DNA of 64,000 nt. Source: an uncultured Rivularia sp. (GTDB lineage Bacteria > Cyanobacteriota > Cyanobacteriia > Cyanobacteriales > Nostocaceae). Position numbers and translations under genes: made by a program. The notes under the pieces were generated by a model that worked only from the letters and a program-made list of their open reading frames with translations, did not search any database and was not told the DNA's origin. This document shows, piece after piece, positions 1 to 10,672 of the stretch (the stretch's first letter is position 1; each line of letters begins with the position of its first letter). The DNA lies in the NCBI GenBank assembly GCA_963665115.1, contig OY762007.1, forward strand, positions 4,160,001 through 4,224,000, written 5' to 3'.

Positions 1-527
1 AATCCAGAAGCTACTGCGCGGTTGGTTTGTTCTGCTTCTGCTCTAATTTGATTATCTAATGCTACAATTTGTGCTGTTAATTGAGTTAATTGAATTGTAC
101 TTTGTTGAATATTTCCTGCTAGGTGACTTTTCTTAGTTTGTAAACGAGAATCATCAAGTACGGCAATGATATCTCCTTGTTTAACTTGTTGATTTCCCTT
201 AACTAAAATACTATTTACCGTTCCTTCCGTCGCAGCTTGCACCAAACGCAATTCCCCAGCCGGACGAATTGTCGCGGGAACTTTAACTGTAGTCTTATAT
301 TTAAGGATACTTGTAAGAGTAACACCCGCACCAAAAGCAGCTAAAAGTACTAAACCGCCAATCGTAGTCCATTTACCAATAGGAGGTAAAAAATCTTCTG
401 GATTTGCAGTATTTATAGATTCTAAATTAATTCCTTTGGGTGATGGTATTGCTTTTTCGATTGATTTTTCTACCCCAGAGAAGGAATTTATATTATTTGA
501 TATTGAAGGAATATCGGCATTAGTCAT
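1..527 (-). CDS. HlyD-family secretion/membrane fusion protein (5' part, runs off window start)
   Basis: Manual translation from ATG at 527: MTNADIPS...EDFLPPIGKWTTIGGLVLLAAFGAGVTLTSILKYKTTVKVPATIRPAGELRLVQAATEGTVNSILVKGNQQVKQGDIIAVLD; TM helix plus lipoyl-like half motif. Confidence 0.85.
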   Translation of the reverse strand, partial: MTNADIPSISNNINSFSGVEKSIEKAIPSPKGINLESINTANPEDFLPPIGKWTTIGGLVLLAAFGAGVTLTSILKYKTTVKVPATIRPAGELRLVQAATEGTVNSILVKGNQQVKQGDIIAVLDDSRLQTKKSHLAGNIQQSTIQLTQLTAQIVALDNQIRAEAEQTNRAVASG

Positions 528-657
528 GGTTAAAGGAAAACAGGTAAATTTAAGAAAAGAAAAGGTAGAGATATTGTATTTAACATCTCTACCAAAAAAA
601 GTGTATAAGAGAATATTTTTTAAGGCAATTAGATGAAAATTCTCATAATTTTTACTA

Positions 658-803
658 TTAAATACTTATCCTCCAAGTAGACGGTACAAAGCTATAAGCA
701 AGAAAAAATCCACCAGTTAAGTTTTCAGAAGATTCATCTGACAACACTTGAAATATTTTTTTTTAACTTCAGTAGCTATATTTTTCTTCTTTTTGATAGA
801 CAT
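658..803 (-). CDS. Third double-glycine-leader precursor peptide, frameshifted in a poly-T(9) run
   Basis: One extra base in the 756-764 run gives MSIKKKKNIATEVKKKIFQVLSDESSENLTGG|FFLAYSFVPSTWRISI*; leader matches the two neighbours; absent from ORF track. Confidence 0.7.
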
Positions 804-938
804 GACGATTTTCTCCAAGTTTTGAAAAAGGTTTTATTTAATTTTGGTTTATGAGTGAAGCTGAAAGATTTAGTAATCTAGGTAGTGTATAGTTTGCTTT
901 GATTTTCTTACTTCAAAAGCTTATCTAGGTTCTTACCT

Positions 939-1193
939 TTACGATTTGATTAATATTATGTCTACTTGAGCTTCTTGTTCATCTGATGAAGTTATTGTTG
1001 TTTCTCCGATCACTGTTCCTTCTCCGTCATAATTATCGGCAAACTTAAATAATTTTTTAAGTTCATTTAACCACGAACTACTACTAAACAGTTTATTTAA
1101 AATTGAAGCAGTAATAAATCCACCAGTTAACTGTTCGGAAGCATCATCTGACAATTCTTCAAACAAATGTTGTTGATTTTTGTTACTAAACAT
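939..1193 (-). CDS. Double-glycine-leader bacteriocin/RiPP-like precursor
   Basis: LFEELSDDASEQLTGG leader; upstream of HlyD gene. Confidence 0.75.
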   Translation of the reverse strand: MFSNKNQQHLFEELSDDASEQLTGGFITASILNKLFSSSSWLNELKKLFKFADNYDGEGTVIGETTITSSDEQEAQVDIILIKS

Positions 1194-1388
1194 TATTTTA
1201 AATCCAAGTTTTTACCAAAGATTTGAGTTAGTTGTACCTTGAGTGAAGTTGAATTATTTCGTAAATTGGGTACTACTCTACTTTAATTTCATAAAAATAG
1301 AGTTTTTTTAGATTTGTTAGAGATATTATAAATAACATCTCCAACAAGATTGCACCTCAATCACTCAAAGTATTTAACGGCTTTATAA

Positions 1389-1628
1389 TTAACCAAACAT
1401 TGAGTTATATTGCGCGAGCAACATTGGTTTTACAATATTTCTCAAAAATTTTGGAAAAGACTTTAATGTATTGCCAAACATTTCATTAAATGATGGGGGT
1501 TCGTCTGTAATATATGTTGGTTGAATATCTTTGGATTCTGCATACAGTTGTTCTCCACCAGTCAAATTTTCAGAAGCTTCATCTGACAATACTTCAAATA
1601 ATTGCTCTTGATTTTTGTTAATAGACAT
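1389..1628 (-). CDS. Double-glycine-leader bacteriocin/RiPP-like precursor
   Basis: LFEVLSDEASENLTGG leader; core unrelated to neighbours. Confidence 0.75.
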   Translation of the reverse strand: MSINKNQEQLFEVLSDEASENLTGGEQLYAESKDIQPTYITDEPPSFNEMFGNTLKSFPKFLRNIVKPMLLAQYNSMFG

Positions 1629-2249
1629 TGTTTGAACTCCAAGTTTTAAAAAAGGTTTTAAGTTGTTTTAAGCCTTGATTGAGGTTTTGCTTTGCTGTTC
1701 CTCCATCTGTAAACAATACTAAACGTTTTTTCTCTCAGTGTAAATAAACAAAAGTTGATATCTTTTTTGAAGAATAAACCAACATTTTCATCAAAGTTGA
1801 CAAAAGTTGATATATCCGTTTTTTGCCCTTGCAAAAAACTTGATTGTTGGTGTAATAGTTATTCTTTGCTTTTAATTTTTTTTGATTAAATATGATTGCT
1901 TAGCTTAAGATATTTAATATATGTAATTATTCCCACATTCTTGATAAGAAAGAAGTAAATTAATTAGTGATTATTTTAAATAAAATATGAAGCTGTTGAT
2001 TTTTTTCTAGTAATTTTCACTAACATTTGTTTCTATATCCGCAAATACCACGACTCGAAGAGAAATAATGCAACTACAACTGTCACAGCATTCGCAGCGG
2101 AATTTTACGAAATTATATGATTGCGAGCGGTAGCCTTAACGGCAGCTTTGCGGAACGAAAGTGTAGCGTGTCCCGTATGGACTCAGCAATTTACCCTTAT
2201 ACTGGGAATGTTTACTGTTACGCTACTTCCAGCTTAATATTGCTCCGAT

Positions 2250-2990
2250 AAATGACTACGCAACAATCCATAGATGTTCGTGGGTATCCGGCCATATTTG
2301 AATTTGCGGACGAGCTTCTAGCGCCGTACTAATTAATTGACTGGCAATATCGGCGTGAATAGAAACTCCACTGACTCTATCGCGATAATGAGTATAAAAA
2401 TAGTCATCTAAACTTGCCGCTGTAGGGTCCAATTAAAACAATGCGATCGCGAATAAATTCAGGTGACATTTTCCCTGTTAATACCTGATTCATTGAGATT
2501 GTAGGGAAACCAGAGCGGAGGTTGCGAAAGTTAGCTAATACTTGATAACCACCTATATCATTTCGCAGATAGCCGCCATCCGAAGCATCTAATTCAATTA
2601 GAAAACCTTTACCGAGTTTGAGCGATAAAACTTCTTCTCCAACAAATTCTGGATAAATGCCTTTGCTTTCAAGATAGTTTAAAGCTAACTGCGTTCCCAA
2701 ACCCAAGATAATGTCGCCGTTTTTATCTTCAATAGATAATAGATTACGTCTGACTCTACCATCTTGGTCTACAACTATATCAGAAGCACTTACCTGTCCT
2801 AATTCTTTTAATTTTAGTGGTGGATTAACGAAATTAGAAGCACTACCCGTCATCTTCTAAATTCCGAATAAACTTAGTGTGGATGCAAAAACCTGTACTA
2901 GCTGCTTAAATGCTGGCTCTACAGGTAAATCGCGATAAATATCAAGTCCAATAACTGATGGTTGGTGTTGTTTTACGATTGATAATAATC
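2250..2990 (-). pseudogene. CHASE2-domain sensor protein remnant
   Basis: QPSVIGLDIYRDLPVEP...FGI*KMTG...DQDGRVRRNLL...RDRIVLIG; in-frame TAG near 2857, truncated at both ends; boundaries approximate. Confidence 0.75.
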
Positions 2991-3022
2991 TCATCTTCCC
3001 AAAAAATATATCCTTGTATGGT

Positions 3023-3141
3023 CTACACCTCTAGAAATGGATGAGTTAGAAGCACTTCTCGTTGAGTTCGGTATCTTGGATGATGATACCAAGAACGCAG
3101 ACGTAATTGGTAAAAAAGCTGAAGAAGTTCCTGCTACCTAG
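3023..3141 (+). CDS. nifH: Nitrogenase iron protein NifH, C-terminal fragment only
   Basis: [38 protein letters not shown], directly upstream of nifD; absent from ORF track. Confidence 0.9.
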
Positions 3142-3164
3142 TAGTAAGTGATGTCTTAGCGACA

Positions 3165-3211
3165 AAGGGTAAAGCTAAAGGTACAACTAAACGTTATACC
3201 TTTTACCCTTT
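3165..3211 (+). promoter_or_regulatory. Stem-loop in the nifH-nifD spacer
   Basis: aagggtaaa..aaaggta / tacctttt accctt inverted repeat. Confidence 0.45.
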
Positions 3212-3292
3212 ACCTTCTACCAAATGCTTCAATCAACTCTTACTATTCCTCAAATCCCAAGTAGTTACCAGTAGTAAAAAAGGCAGAGAAAT

Positions 3293-3525
3293 ATGTCACC
3301 CGTAGATAAGAAGAACACCGTCGAAGAAAGAAAGCAGCTAGTTAACGAAGTTTTAGACGCTTATCCTGAGAAAGCTAAAAAAAGACGTGCTAAGCACCTC
3401 AACGTCCACGAAGAAGGTAAGAGTGATTGTGGCGTAAAGTCTAATGTCAAGTCTCTTCCTGGTGTAATGACCGCTCGTGGTTGTGCATATGCAGGTTCCA
3501 AGGGTGTGGTTTGGGGTCCGATTAA
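3293..3525 (+). CDS. nifD: NifD fragment 1 (codons 1-78)
   Basis: MSPVDKK...[19 protein letters not shown], then diverges at repeat CGATTAA. Confidence 0.95.
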
Positions 3526-5213
3526 AAATATGTTTTATCTTTAAAATAAAATACCCTAAACTGTTTGTAGAGAACAATTTTAAGCAAATTAAATGTTCTT
3601 TACAAGCAGTTATTTTTTAGGGCATATTTAGGATGAAAAAGGTGCATCAAGAAGATTTAGATGATTTATTTGAATATTTTGAAGTTCCGGCAAGCACCGA
3701 TGGAAGCTACATGGGTACACAAGCTCAGGTGAAAGCAACGCAAGAATATATGGATAAAATAATTGAGGAGAAGCTTACAAATATAAATGCAAGACTCAAG
3801 GCGAGTCAAAGCAAGGTAAGTATTAAAAAAGTTGGAAACACTCTACAGTTAAGAGCTACTCTTCCGTTAAAACCTGGCGATACTAATAAATCGGGGAGAA
3901 CTAGAAAGCAATACTTTATCTCTTTAAGTATTCCAGCGAATTTGAACGGATTAAAAACAGCTGAAGAAGAAGCTAATGAATTAGGCACGCTGATTGCAAG
4001 AAAATGCTTTGAATGGAATGACAAATATCTAGGTATAAATACAAATAAACAGGAGTATAAAACTTTTAAGCAAGTATTAGAAACTTTAGAAAATGAATAT
4101 TTTAGTACTAGAAAAAGAACTATTAAGAGCGAGCATAGTTTTTGGCATTTGTATAAACGATATAAACAATATTTTGAATCAAATTTACCAGTTACCAGTG
4201 AAAATATCATTACAATTATTAGAAATATTGGTTCCCCGACATCTCGCGACCAAGCAATCAGAGTCGCTAGGGTATTTTCTCAAATTCATCAAATAGAAGT
4301 CAATTTCAAAAATTTAAAATTGCCTGTAGTCCCTAATGATAGGTATATACCTTCAGATATTGAAATTACAGAAGCTTTTGGAAAATATAAGGTAAAAGGC
4401 AATAATACAAAAGTAAGGAAAGACTATCGAAACTCTTGGAAGCTACACAGGTTAGTATTTGGACTAATTGCTACCTATGGTTTAAGACCGCGTGAGGTAT
4501 TTAATCAACCCGATTTAGAATGGTTTTTAAGTGATGAAAATACCGATTGTACTTGGAAAGTTCATAAGTCAAATAAGACAGGTTACAGAGAAGTTTTGCC
4601 TTTTATACCAGAATGGGTAGAATTATTTGAATTAAAAAATCCAGAGGCTATTTATTTATTGAATCAAAAAATAGAACAGATAACAAGCTTTCATGAATTA
4701 TCACACTTAGTTCAAACTAATGCTCGATGGTTTAGACGCATTCTAGATCTACCGTTTGAACCTTACGATTTAAGGCACGCTTGTGCGATTAGAGCGCATA
4801 TTCAAGGTTTACCAATCAAAGCATCAGCAGATAATTTGGGGCATTCTGTAGAAATGCATACTAAAGTCTATCAGCGTTGGTTCTCTTTAGAAAATCGCAA
4901 GAAAGTTATGAAATCTGCAATCAACAAAAAATCAGATGAACAGTTAGAAGCTGAAAATATCAGGTTAATGGCAGAAAATCAACAACTGAAATACCAATTG
5001 GATAAATTACGGCAAATTTCATCAAATATTCGCTAAAAGTTCTTCAATTAGGGTAGATTTAGGATTCATCAAACCCAAGCATAATTAGCAATTTGATTTA
5101 CTGTTTTAATTTTTAGGGAGCTTGTTTAGGGTAAATTCAGGTTACTCGACTGCGGAGGTTTGCGAAACTACTGTTATATAGATTTTTCAGCAGTCGAAGA
5201 ATATCACGATTAA
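3519..5213. mobile_element. nifD excision element 1 (1,688 bp; direct repeat CGATTAA at 3519-3525 and 5207-5213)
   Basis: Excision restores GGT CCG ATT AAG GAC ATG = GPIKDM in frame; recombinase is the only gene inside. Confidence 0.92.
3633..5036 (+). CDS. XisA/XisC-like tyrosine recombinase of nifD element 1
   Basis: YGLRPRE, YDLRHACAIR, LGHSVEMHTKVYQRWF motifs. Confidence 0.93.
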   Translation: MKKVHQEDLDDLFEYFEVPASTDGSYMGTQAQVKATQEYMDKIIEEKLTNINARLKASQSKVSIKKVGNTLQLRATLPLKPGDTNKSGRTRKQYFISLSIPANLNGLKTAEEEANELGTLIARKCFEWNDKYLGINTNKQEYKTFKQVLETLENEYFSTRKRTIKSEHSFWHLYKRYKQYFESNLPVTSENIITIIRNIGSPTSRDQAIRVARVFSQIHQIEVNFKNLKLPVVPNDRYIPSDIEITEAFGKYKVKGNNTKVRKDYRNSWKLHRLVFGLIATYGLRPREVFNQPDLEWFLSDENTDCTWKVHKSNKTGYREVLPFIPEWVELFELKNPEAIYLLNQKIEQITSFHELSHLVQTNARWFRRILDLPFEPYDLRHACAIRAHIQGLPIKASADNLGHSVEMHTKVYQRWFSLENRKKVMKSAINKKSDEQLEAENIRLMAENQQLKYQLDKLRQISSNIR

Positions 5214-6343
5214 GGACATGATCCACATCAGCCACGGTCCTATCGGTTGTGGTTTCTACTCTTGGTCTGGTCGTCGTAACTACTACATTGGAACCACAGG
5301 TGTTGACTCCTTTGGTACAATGAACTTTACTTCTGACTTCCAAGAAAGAGACATCGTTTTTGGTGGAGATAAGAAGCTCGCCAAAATGATTAACGAAATT
5401 GAAGAACTCTTCCCCCTCAATAGAGGCGTATCAGTTCAATCTGAGTGTCCCATCGGTTTGATTGGTGATGACATCGAAGCGGTTGCTAAGAAGGCATCCA
5501 AAGACCTTGGTAAGCCAGTTATCCCCGCTCGTTGTGAAGGTTTCCGTGGTGTGTCTCAGTCTTTAGGACACCACATCGCTAACGATGCTATTCGTGACTG
5601 GGTATTCCCTGCTGCTGATAAAGCTCACAAGGAAAACACCCTTGATTACGAACAAGGTCCTTACGATGTATCAATCATCGGTGACTACAACATCGGTGGT
5701 GACGCTTGGTCTAGCCGTATCCTCTTAGAAGAAATCGGCTTGCGCGTAGTCGCTCAGTGGTCTGGTGATGGTACTCTCAACGAGATGATGCTCACACCGA
5801 AGGTGAAGATGAACTTGATTCACTGCTACCGTTCGATGAACTACATTTCTCGTCATATGGAAGAAGCTTATGGTATTCCCTGGATGGAATACAACTTCTT
5901 CGGACCTACCAAGATTGCTGAATCTTTGAGAGCGATCGCCGCTAAGTTCGATGAGAAAATCCAAGAGAATGCTGAGAAGGTTATTGCTAAGTACCAGCCT
6001 ACAGCTGATGCAATCCTTGAAAAATACGGCGCTCGTCTAAAAGGCAAGACTGTTGCTTTGATGGTTGGTGGTTTACGTCCTCGTCACGTAGTACCTGCAT
6101 TCACAGACTTGGGAATGGAACTTGTAAGTACTGGTTATGAATTCGGTCATAACGATGACTACAAGCGTACTACCAACTACATTGAAAACGGAACCATCGT
6201 TTACGATGACGTAACTGGTTACGAATTCGAGCAGTTTGTAAAAGGACTTAAGCCCGACATCGTTGGTGCTGGTATTAAAGAGAAGTATGTCTTCCAGAAA
6301 ATGGGTCTTCCCTTCCGTCAAATGCACTCTTGGGATTACTCCG
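5207..6343 (+). CDS. nifD: NifD fragment 2
   Basis: [13 protein letters not shown]...SECPIG...LIHCYRS...[10 protein letters not shown]. Confidence 0.96.
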
Positions 6344-6947
6344 AGCTTACTAATGGTAGTAGAAGTAATACAGAGTGAGCTTTTTAGGGGTTATAAAATT
6401 AAGTAGATTAACTTTAGACTTTAGATTAAATATTAGATTTTAATTACAATAAGATATTTTTTGACCGACACTATAACAAGTTTATTTTATCAAGTTATTT
6501 GCATCAATTAATATTGCGTGTTCTGGAAACTGTAAATTGTAAACCTTTATTGACTACGATTTTTTAGACTAATTTTTTATTGGCTTCGTGATTTTTAATA
6601 GTTTATGCTCTTCCTAAATCTTCTTTTTCAGCTATCAGAAACTTCGTAACAATTAATTAGTAGATTTCACGTATAAATTAAGCTTGTTAAATTTTAAAGC
6701 TTTGTATTATAAACAATAAATTAAAATTTGGCAATAGTCTGAGGTATTAAAAGTGGGTAGATTTTATTTAAATAGAGTATGCTGACAAGCAAGCAAATAG
6801 CAAATACAACAAACAAGAATAAATCATAAATTAATCAATACTATCTTCCATTGGGTTGATACTGCAATCTTTATCTGAGGCTAAATAAAGTAGAAGTATT
6901 GAGCAATCGGGAAAGATTTTCTTGTCAATGAATGAATATGTTTATTT

Positions 6948-7742
6948 TTGACAAGACAAATTATAATGTTTAATATGATTAATTTACATAACTTAATAAC
7001 ACCCAAATCGATGTCTCTGATTATTGGAACCAGGATTCATAGTGGCGGTGGTACCCATACACCTAACTTTTCTCGATTAAAAAAATGGTGCGATCAAGTA
7101 TTAGAGTACGCCGATTATGTGGTGATAGCGACCGACGAACACCTGTTCAACGACATTGCCAATAATGTTTTGGGTTTCGGGAACCGAGTACATTCCCTTT
7201 TGGTTAACCCTTGGAAAGGATTCGCTCATCCTTTAAATGCAATCGTCTATGAAGCAACTTCTTTGGGTGGCAGCAAGCTTTTACTGCAAAGTCCAGAAGT
7301 TTACGTTAATTCGGCAGACATAAAAATACTAGATTTGCATCTAACCGCAGATACATTAGTAGCCGGAGCAAAGATGATTTTAAGTCATGGAGGAGATGCT
7401 GGAGTTAAACCTATAGATGGAATGACTTCACCTTGGAATACTTTGGCTTTGTGGAATTTATCAAAATTGAATATAACGGGATTTTTAGGAGTTTCCAGCG
7501 GACTTCTTAAAGATATACCTGGAGGAATGGAAGAAGTGACAACTATTTCGCTACTGCAACAGCTTTATCCAAATGAAGCTCATGCCAAATTAGTGACTTT
7601 ATCACAGCTAAAGTGGATTAACGATTGGAAGGATTTAAAACGCAAAAAGTACCACGAACAGAAAATGTCCTCAAAATTATCCCGAGCAGAAATACAATTA
7701 AAATACTCCAATATTCAACGGGGAATCGTTACTGTTTTGTAA
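6948..7742 (+). CDS. Hypothetical protein, possibly GT-A-like fold (start may be 7011)
   Basis: 264-aa ORF ending 3 bp before the next gene; pattern YVVIATD...PLNA...LLLQSPEV, no DxD. Confidence 0.55.
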   Translation: MTRQIIMFNMINLHNLITPKSMSLIIGTRIHSGGGTHTPNFSRLKKWCDQVLEYADYVVIATDEHLFNDIANNVLGFGNRVHSLLVNPWKGFAHPLNAIVYEATSLGGSKLLLQSPEVYVNSADIKILDLHLTADTLVAGAKMILSHGGDAGVKPIDGMTSPWNTLALWNLSKLNITGFLGVSSGLLKDIPGGMEEVTTISLLQQLYPNEAHAKLVTLSQLKWINDWKDLKRKKYHEQKMSSKLSRAEIQLKYSNIQRGIVTVL

Positions 7743-7745
7743 ATC

Positions 7746-9077
7746 ATGAATCAAGAACGTTTTGTGAATTGGTCGGGGGAGTACCAATGCATACCTAATT
7801 ACGTACATCACCCTGCAACAGATGAAGAAGTTAAGGATATTGTTTGTCAAGCTATCAAACGGGGAAGCAAAATTCGAGTATTTGGTAGCGCCCATTCTCC
7901 TAGCGATATGGCGATGAGTGATGAGGAATTAGTTTGTCTTGATGGTTTAAATACGATTAAAAATATTGACTATGAAAATCAAACCGTTGTGGTTGAAGCG
8001 GGAGTTACGATTCATGATTTGAGTCAAAGTTTGGCCAAATATGGATTAGCATTACCCAATTTAGGCTCTATTTCGGCTCAAACAATTTCCGGTGCAATGG
8101 CAACTGCAACTCATGGAACGGGTTTGAATTATGGTACAATGCCGACAATTATTGAAGAAATAACTTTGGTAGATGGGAAAGGAGAAATTGTCAAGATTTC
8201 CCAATATGAAAATTCTCAATTATTCAAAGCGGTTCAATGTCATTTAGGAAGTTTGGGATTAATTACAGAATATAAATTAAAAGTCACGGAAAGTTTTGAT
8301 TTAGAAGTAAAAGAGCAACCGCAAACTTTAGAAGCCGTATTTGAGAAGTTACCGGAGTCTTTGAAATCCGACCACTATCGTTTTTGGTATTTACCTCATG
8401 CAGATATGGCTTGGGAGTGGAATGCAACTCGTAAATCACCGGAAAATATTACAGATACAGAAAACAATATTGTACGCCGTTTGGGGAACTGGTATCAACA
8501 AAAGCTTATTGGCTATTATGCTTTTGAATTTTTATTATATTTAGCTGCTTATAATCAAAATTTGATTCCTGCTATCAATCGTTGGTATGCTAAACAAATG
8601 TTTAGTCAACCGAAGCATTCACGGGGTGATAGTTTAAGTCAATTTAATTTTGATTGTCTATTTAAACAGCGGGTAAATGAATGGGCTATTCCCATAGAAT
8701 ATACCGTTCAAGCTATAGAAGAAATTCGCAATTTGATTCAAAATAAAAACTATAAAGCTCATCTTCCCATTGAAGTACGTTTCGTTAAAGGGGATGATAT
8801 ATGGTTAAGTCCTTGTCAAGGAAGAGATAGCTGCTACATCGGCATCATCGGTTATATGCCATACGGAAAATATATTGATTGTCAAGATTATTTTGATGAT
8901 TATGAAAAAATAATGCTTAGTTTTGATGGTCGTCCCCACTGGGCTAAAAGATTTGGCCCAGATGCAGAAAAATTAGCACAAATATATCCCCATTGGAAGG
9001 ATTTTCAAAAAGTACGCCATCAACTCGATCCAGAAAATCGCTTTGGTAATTCCTATAGCGATCGGGTGTTGGGGTAG
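7746..9077 (+). CDS. FAD-linked aldonolactone oxidase (L-gulonolactone oxidase/ALO family)
   Basis: GSAHSPSD FAD-attachment His motif, ATHGTG, PIEVRFVKGDDIWLSPC, GRPHWAK. Confidence 0.9.
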   Translation: MNQERFVNWSGEYQCIPNYVHHPATDEEVKDIVCQAIKRGSKIRVFGSAHSPSDMAMSDEELVCLDGLNTIKNIDYENQTVVVEAGVTIHDLSQSLAKYGLALPNLGSISAQTISGAMATATHGTGLNYGTMPTIIEEITLVDGKGEIVKISQYENSQLFKAVQCHLGSLGLITEYKLKVTESFDLEVKEQPQTLEAVFEKLPESLKSDHYRFWYLPHADMAWEWNATRKSPENITDTENNIVRRLGNWYQQKLIGYYAFEFLLYLAAYNQNLIPAINRWYAKQMFSQPKHSRGDSLSQFNFDCLFKQRVNEWAIPIEYTVQAIEEIRNLIQNKNYKAHLPIEVRFVKGDDIWLSPCQGRDSCYIGIIGYMPYGKYIDCQDYFDDYEKIMLSFDGRPHWAKRFGPDAEKLAQIYPHWKDFQKVRHQLDPENRFGNSYSDRVLG

Positions 9078-9187
9078 AGGGGGTAGAGGGGGTAGAGGGG
9101 GTAGAGGGGGAGAATAAAAATAACTTTGAGATTTACTTAAAATCCAAAATCCAAAATCCAAAATCTAAAATCTAAAATCTAAAATCA
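9070..9187 (+). repeat. Tandem short repeats (GGGGTAGAG)n and (AAATC[C/T]A)n
   Basis: Seen directly between the two oxidoreductase genes. Confidence 0.85.
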
Positions 9188-9188
9188 A

Positions 9189-10436
9189 ATGACAGATATT
9201 TTAGTTGTCGGAACGGGGGAATATGTTACGGGTTTTGTTCGGGGAGCGGCTGCTGATTCTGATAAAAGCGCTGGTGTAATCGGATTGGTGCTTTTTGATT
9301 TGAGAAGTCGTGGTAAGGTAAATCAAATTGCTTTGTGCGGTCGTGATGGCAAGACTTTTCCGGGTATTCGCGGTCATTTTACTGAGAAAATTGCCAAGCA
9401 ATATGAAGGGATAGATATTAACGTAAATACTTTTCCCGGTGACGATCAATATAATCCTCAAGCTTATCAAACTGCGATCGAGAAAATGAAACCTGGGGAT
9501 GGGGTGATTGTCGTCACACCCGATGATACTCATTTTGAAATGGCGATGACAGCTATTCGTCATGGATTGCACGTTTTGGTTGTAAAGCCTTTGGTGAAAA
9601 CTTTAGAAGAGCATCAGAAATTAATAGAAGTTGGGAAACAGCATAACGTACTGGTGGCAATCGAAATGCATAAAAGATTTGACCCCATGTACTCCGACGC
9701 TCGCGATCGCGTTCGTAGTTTTGGAGATTTTAGCTATATGAATAGCTATATGAGCCAACCTCGGAGTCAGCTGCACACTTTTGGTAAATGGGCTGGAAAA
9801 TCTTCTGATATCAACTACTATCTGAATTCCCATCATATCGATCTATTGGATTGGATGGTCAGCGATTTTGCTAGACCAATTAAAGTAACTGGTTTGGGTG
9901 CTACCGGAGTTGCTAAAAACGAGTTTGACATAAATACCGAAGATACTATTACCACTACAATTCAATGGGAAAATATTCAAAGTGGGAATTTAGGAATTTC
10001 CGTTCATACTGCTTCGTGGATTGCTCCGAAATCTGACGTTCATTCCCAACAACGTTTCTTTTATATGGGACATCAAGGTGAATTACAAATTGACCAAGCT
10101 CATAGGGGTTATTCATCCGCAACAGTTTCCGGAGGATATGCTAGTATCAATCCTTTATTTATGAAATACGAACCTTCCAACGGTAAATTTGCCGGTCAAA
10201 GAGCTTATGGTTATCAAAGCATTGAAAAATTTATTGATGCTGTAGCTGGTATTAAGGAAGGAGCAAAACCAGAAGATTTTGATAACGATATAGCAACCGC
10301 TGGGAAAACATTACAAACAACAGCGATTTTAGAAGCAAGTCGTATTAGCTTGGATAATGATAATTCGTCAGTTGAAATTGAATATAATTCTTCTGAATCG
10401 CTGATTCCAGAAAAATTAAAAAAGGTTAAAGGTTAG
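9189..10436 (+). CDS. Gfo/Idh/MocA oxidoreductase, D-galacturonate reductase (fungal GaaA)-like
   Basis: VGTGEYVTGFV, LFDLRSRGKV, HKRFDPMYSDAR, SYMSQPRSQLHTFGKWAGKSSDINYYLNSHH, TEDTIT, NPLFMKY. Confidence 0.8.
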   Translation: MTDILVVGTGEYVTGFVRGAAADSDKSAGVIGLVLFDLRSRGKVNQIALCGRDGKTFPGIRGHFTEKIAKQYEGIDINVNTFPGDDQYNPQAYQTAIEKMKPGDGVIVVTPDDTHFEMAMTAIRHGLHVLVVKPLVKTLEEHQKLIEVGKQHNVLVAIEMHKRFDPMYSDARDRVRSFGDFSYMNSYMSQPRSQLHTFGKWAGKSSDINYYLNSHHIDLLDWMVSDFARPIKVTGLGATGVAKNEFDINTEDTITTTIQWENIQSGNLGISVHTASWIAPKSDVHSQQRFFYMGHQGELQIDQAHRGYSSATVSGGYASINPLFMKYEPSNGKFAGQRAYGYQSIEKFIDAVAGIKEGAKPEDFDNDIATAGKTLQTTAILEASRISLDNDNSSVEIEYNSSESLIPEKLKKVKG

Positions 10437-10672
10437 AGGTCAAAGGTTAAAGGTTAAAGGTTAAAGGTTAAAGGTTAGAGGTCAAAGTTTTTTAAATCGT
10501 ACTATTTAGTTTTGAATCTCTTTTTCCGTTTGTATCAAAATTATTTTACCTCCTCTTCCTTCTCTTTCCTCTGCGTCCTCTGCGGTTTATAATCTACTTT
10601 ATTTTCATACAAACAAATTAATGTATCTTCCGTCTTGTATAGTAAAAAACCGTATCTTATATAATAAAAACC

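Larger units (their letters stand above)
1..3022. mobile_element. Interior and right end of a nifH-interrupting element (left end and recombinase outside window)
   Basis: NifH similarity starts abruptly at about 3023 (ctACACCT, the IPTP motif); upstream is unrelated cargo. Confidence 0.7.

Noticed and set aside
436..636. 66-aa plus-strand ORF
   Set aside because: Antisense to the HlyD gene start; no recognisable motif
8973..9161. Pro-rich ORF (PPLPPL)
   Set aside because: Arises from the GGGGTAGAG tandem repeat
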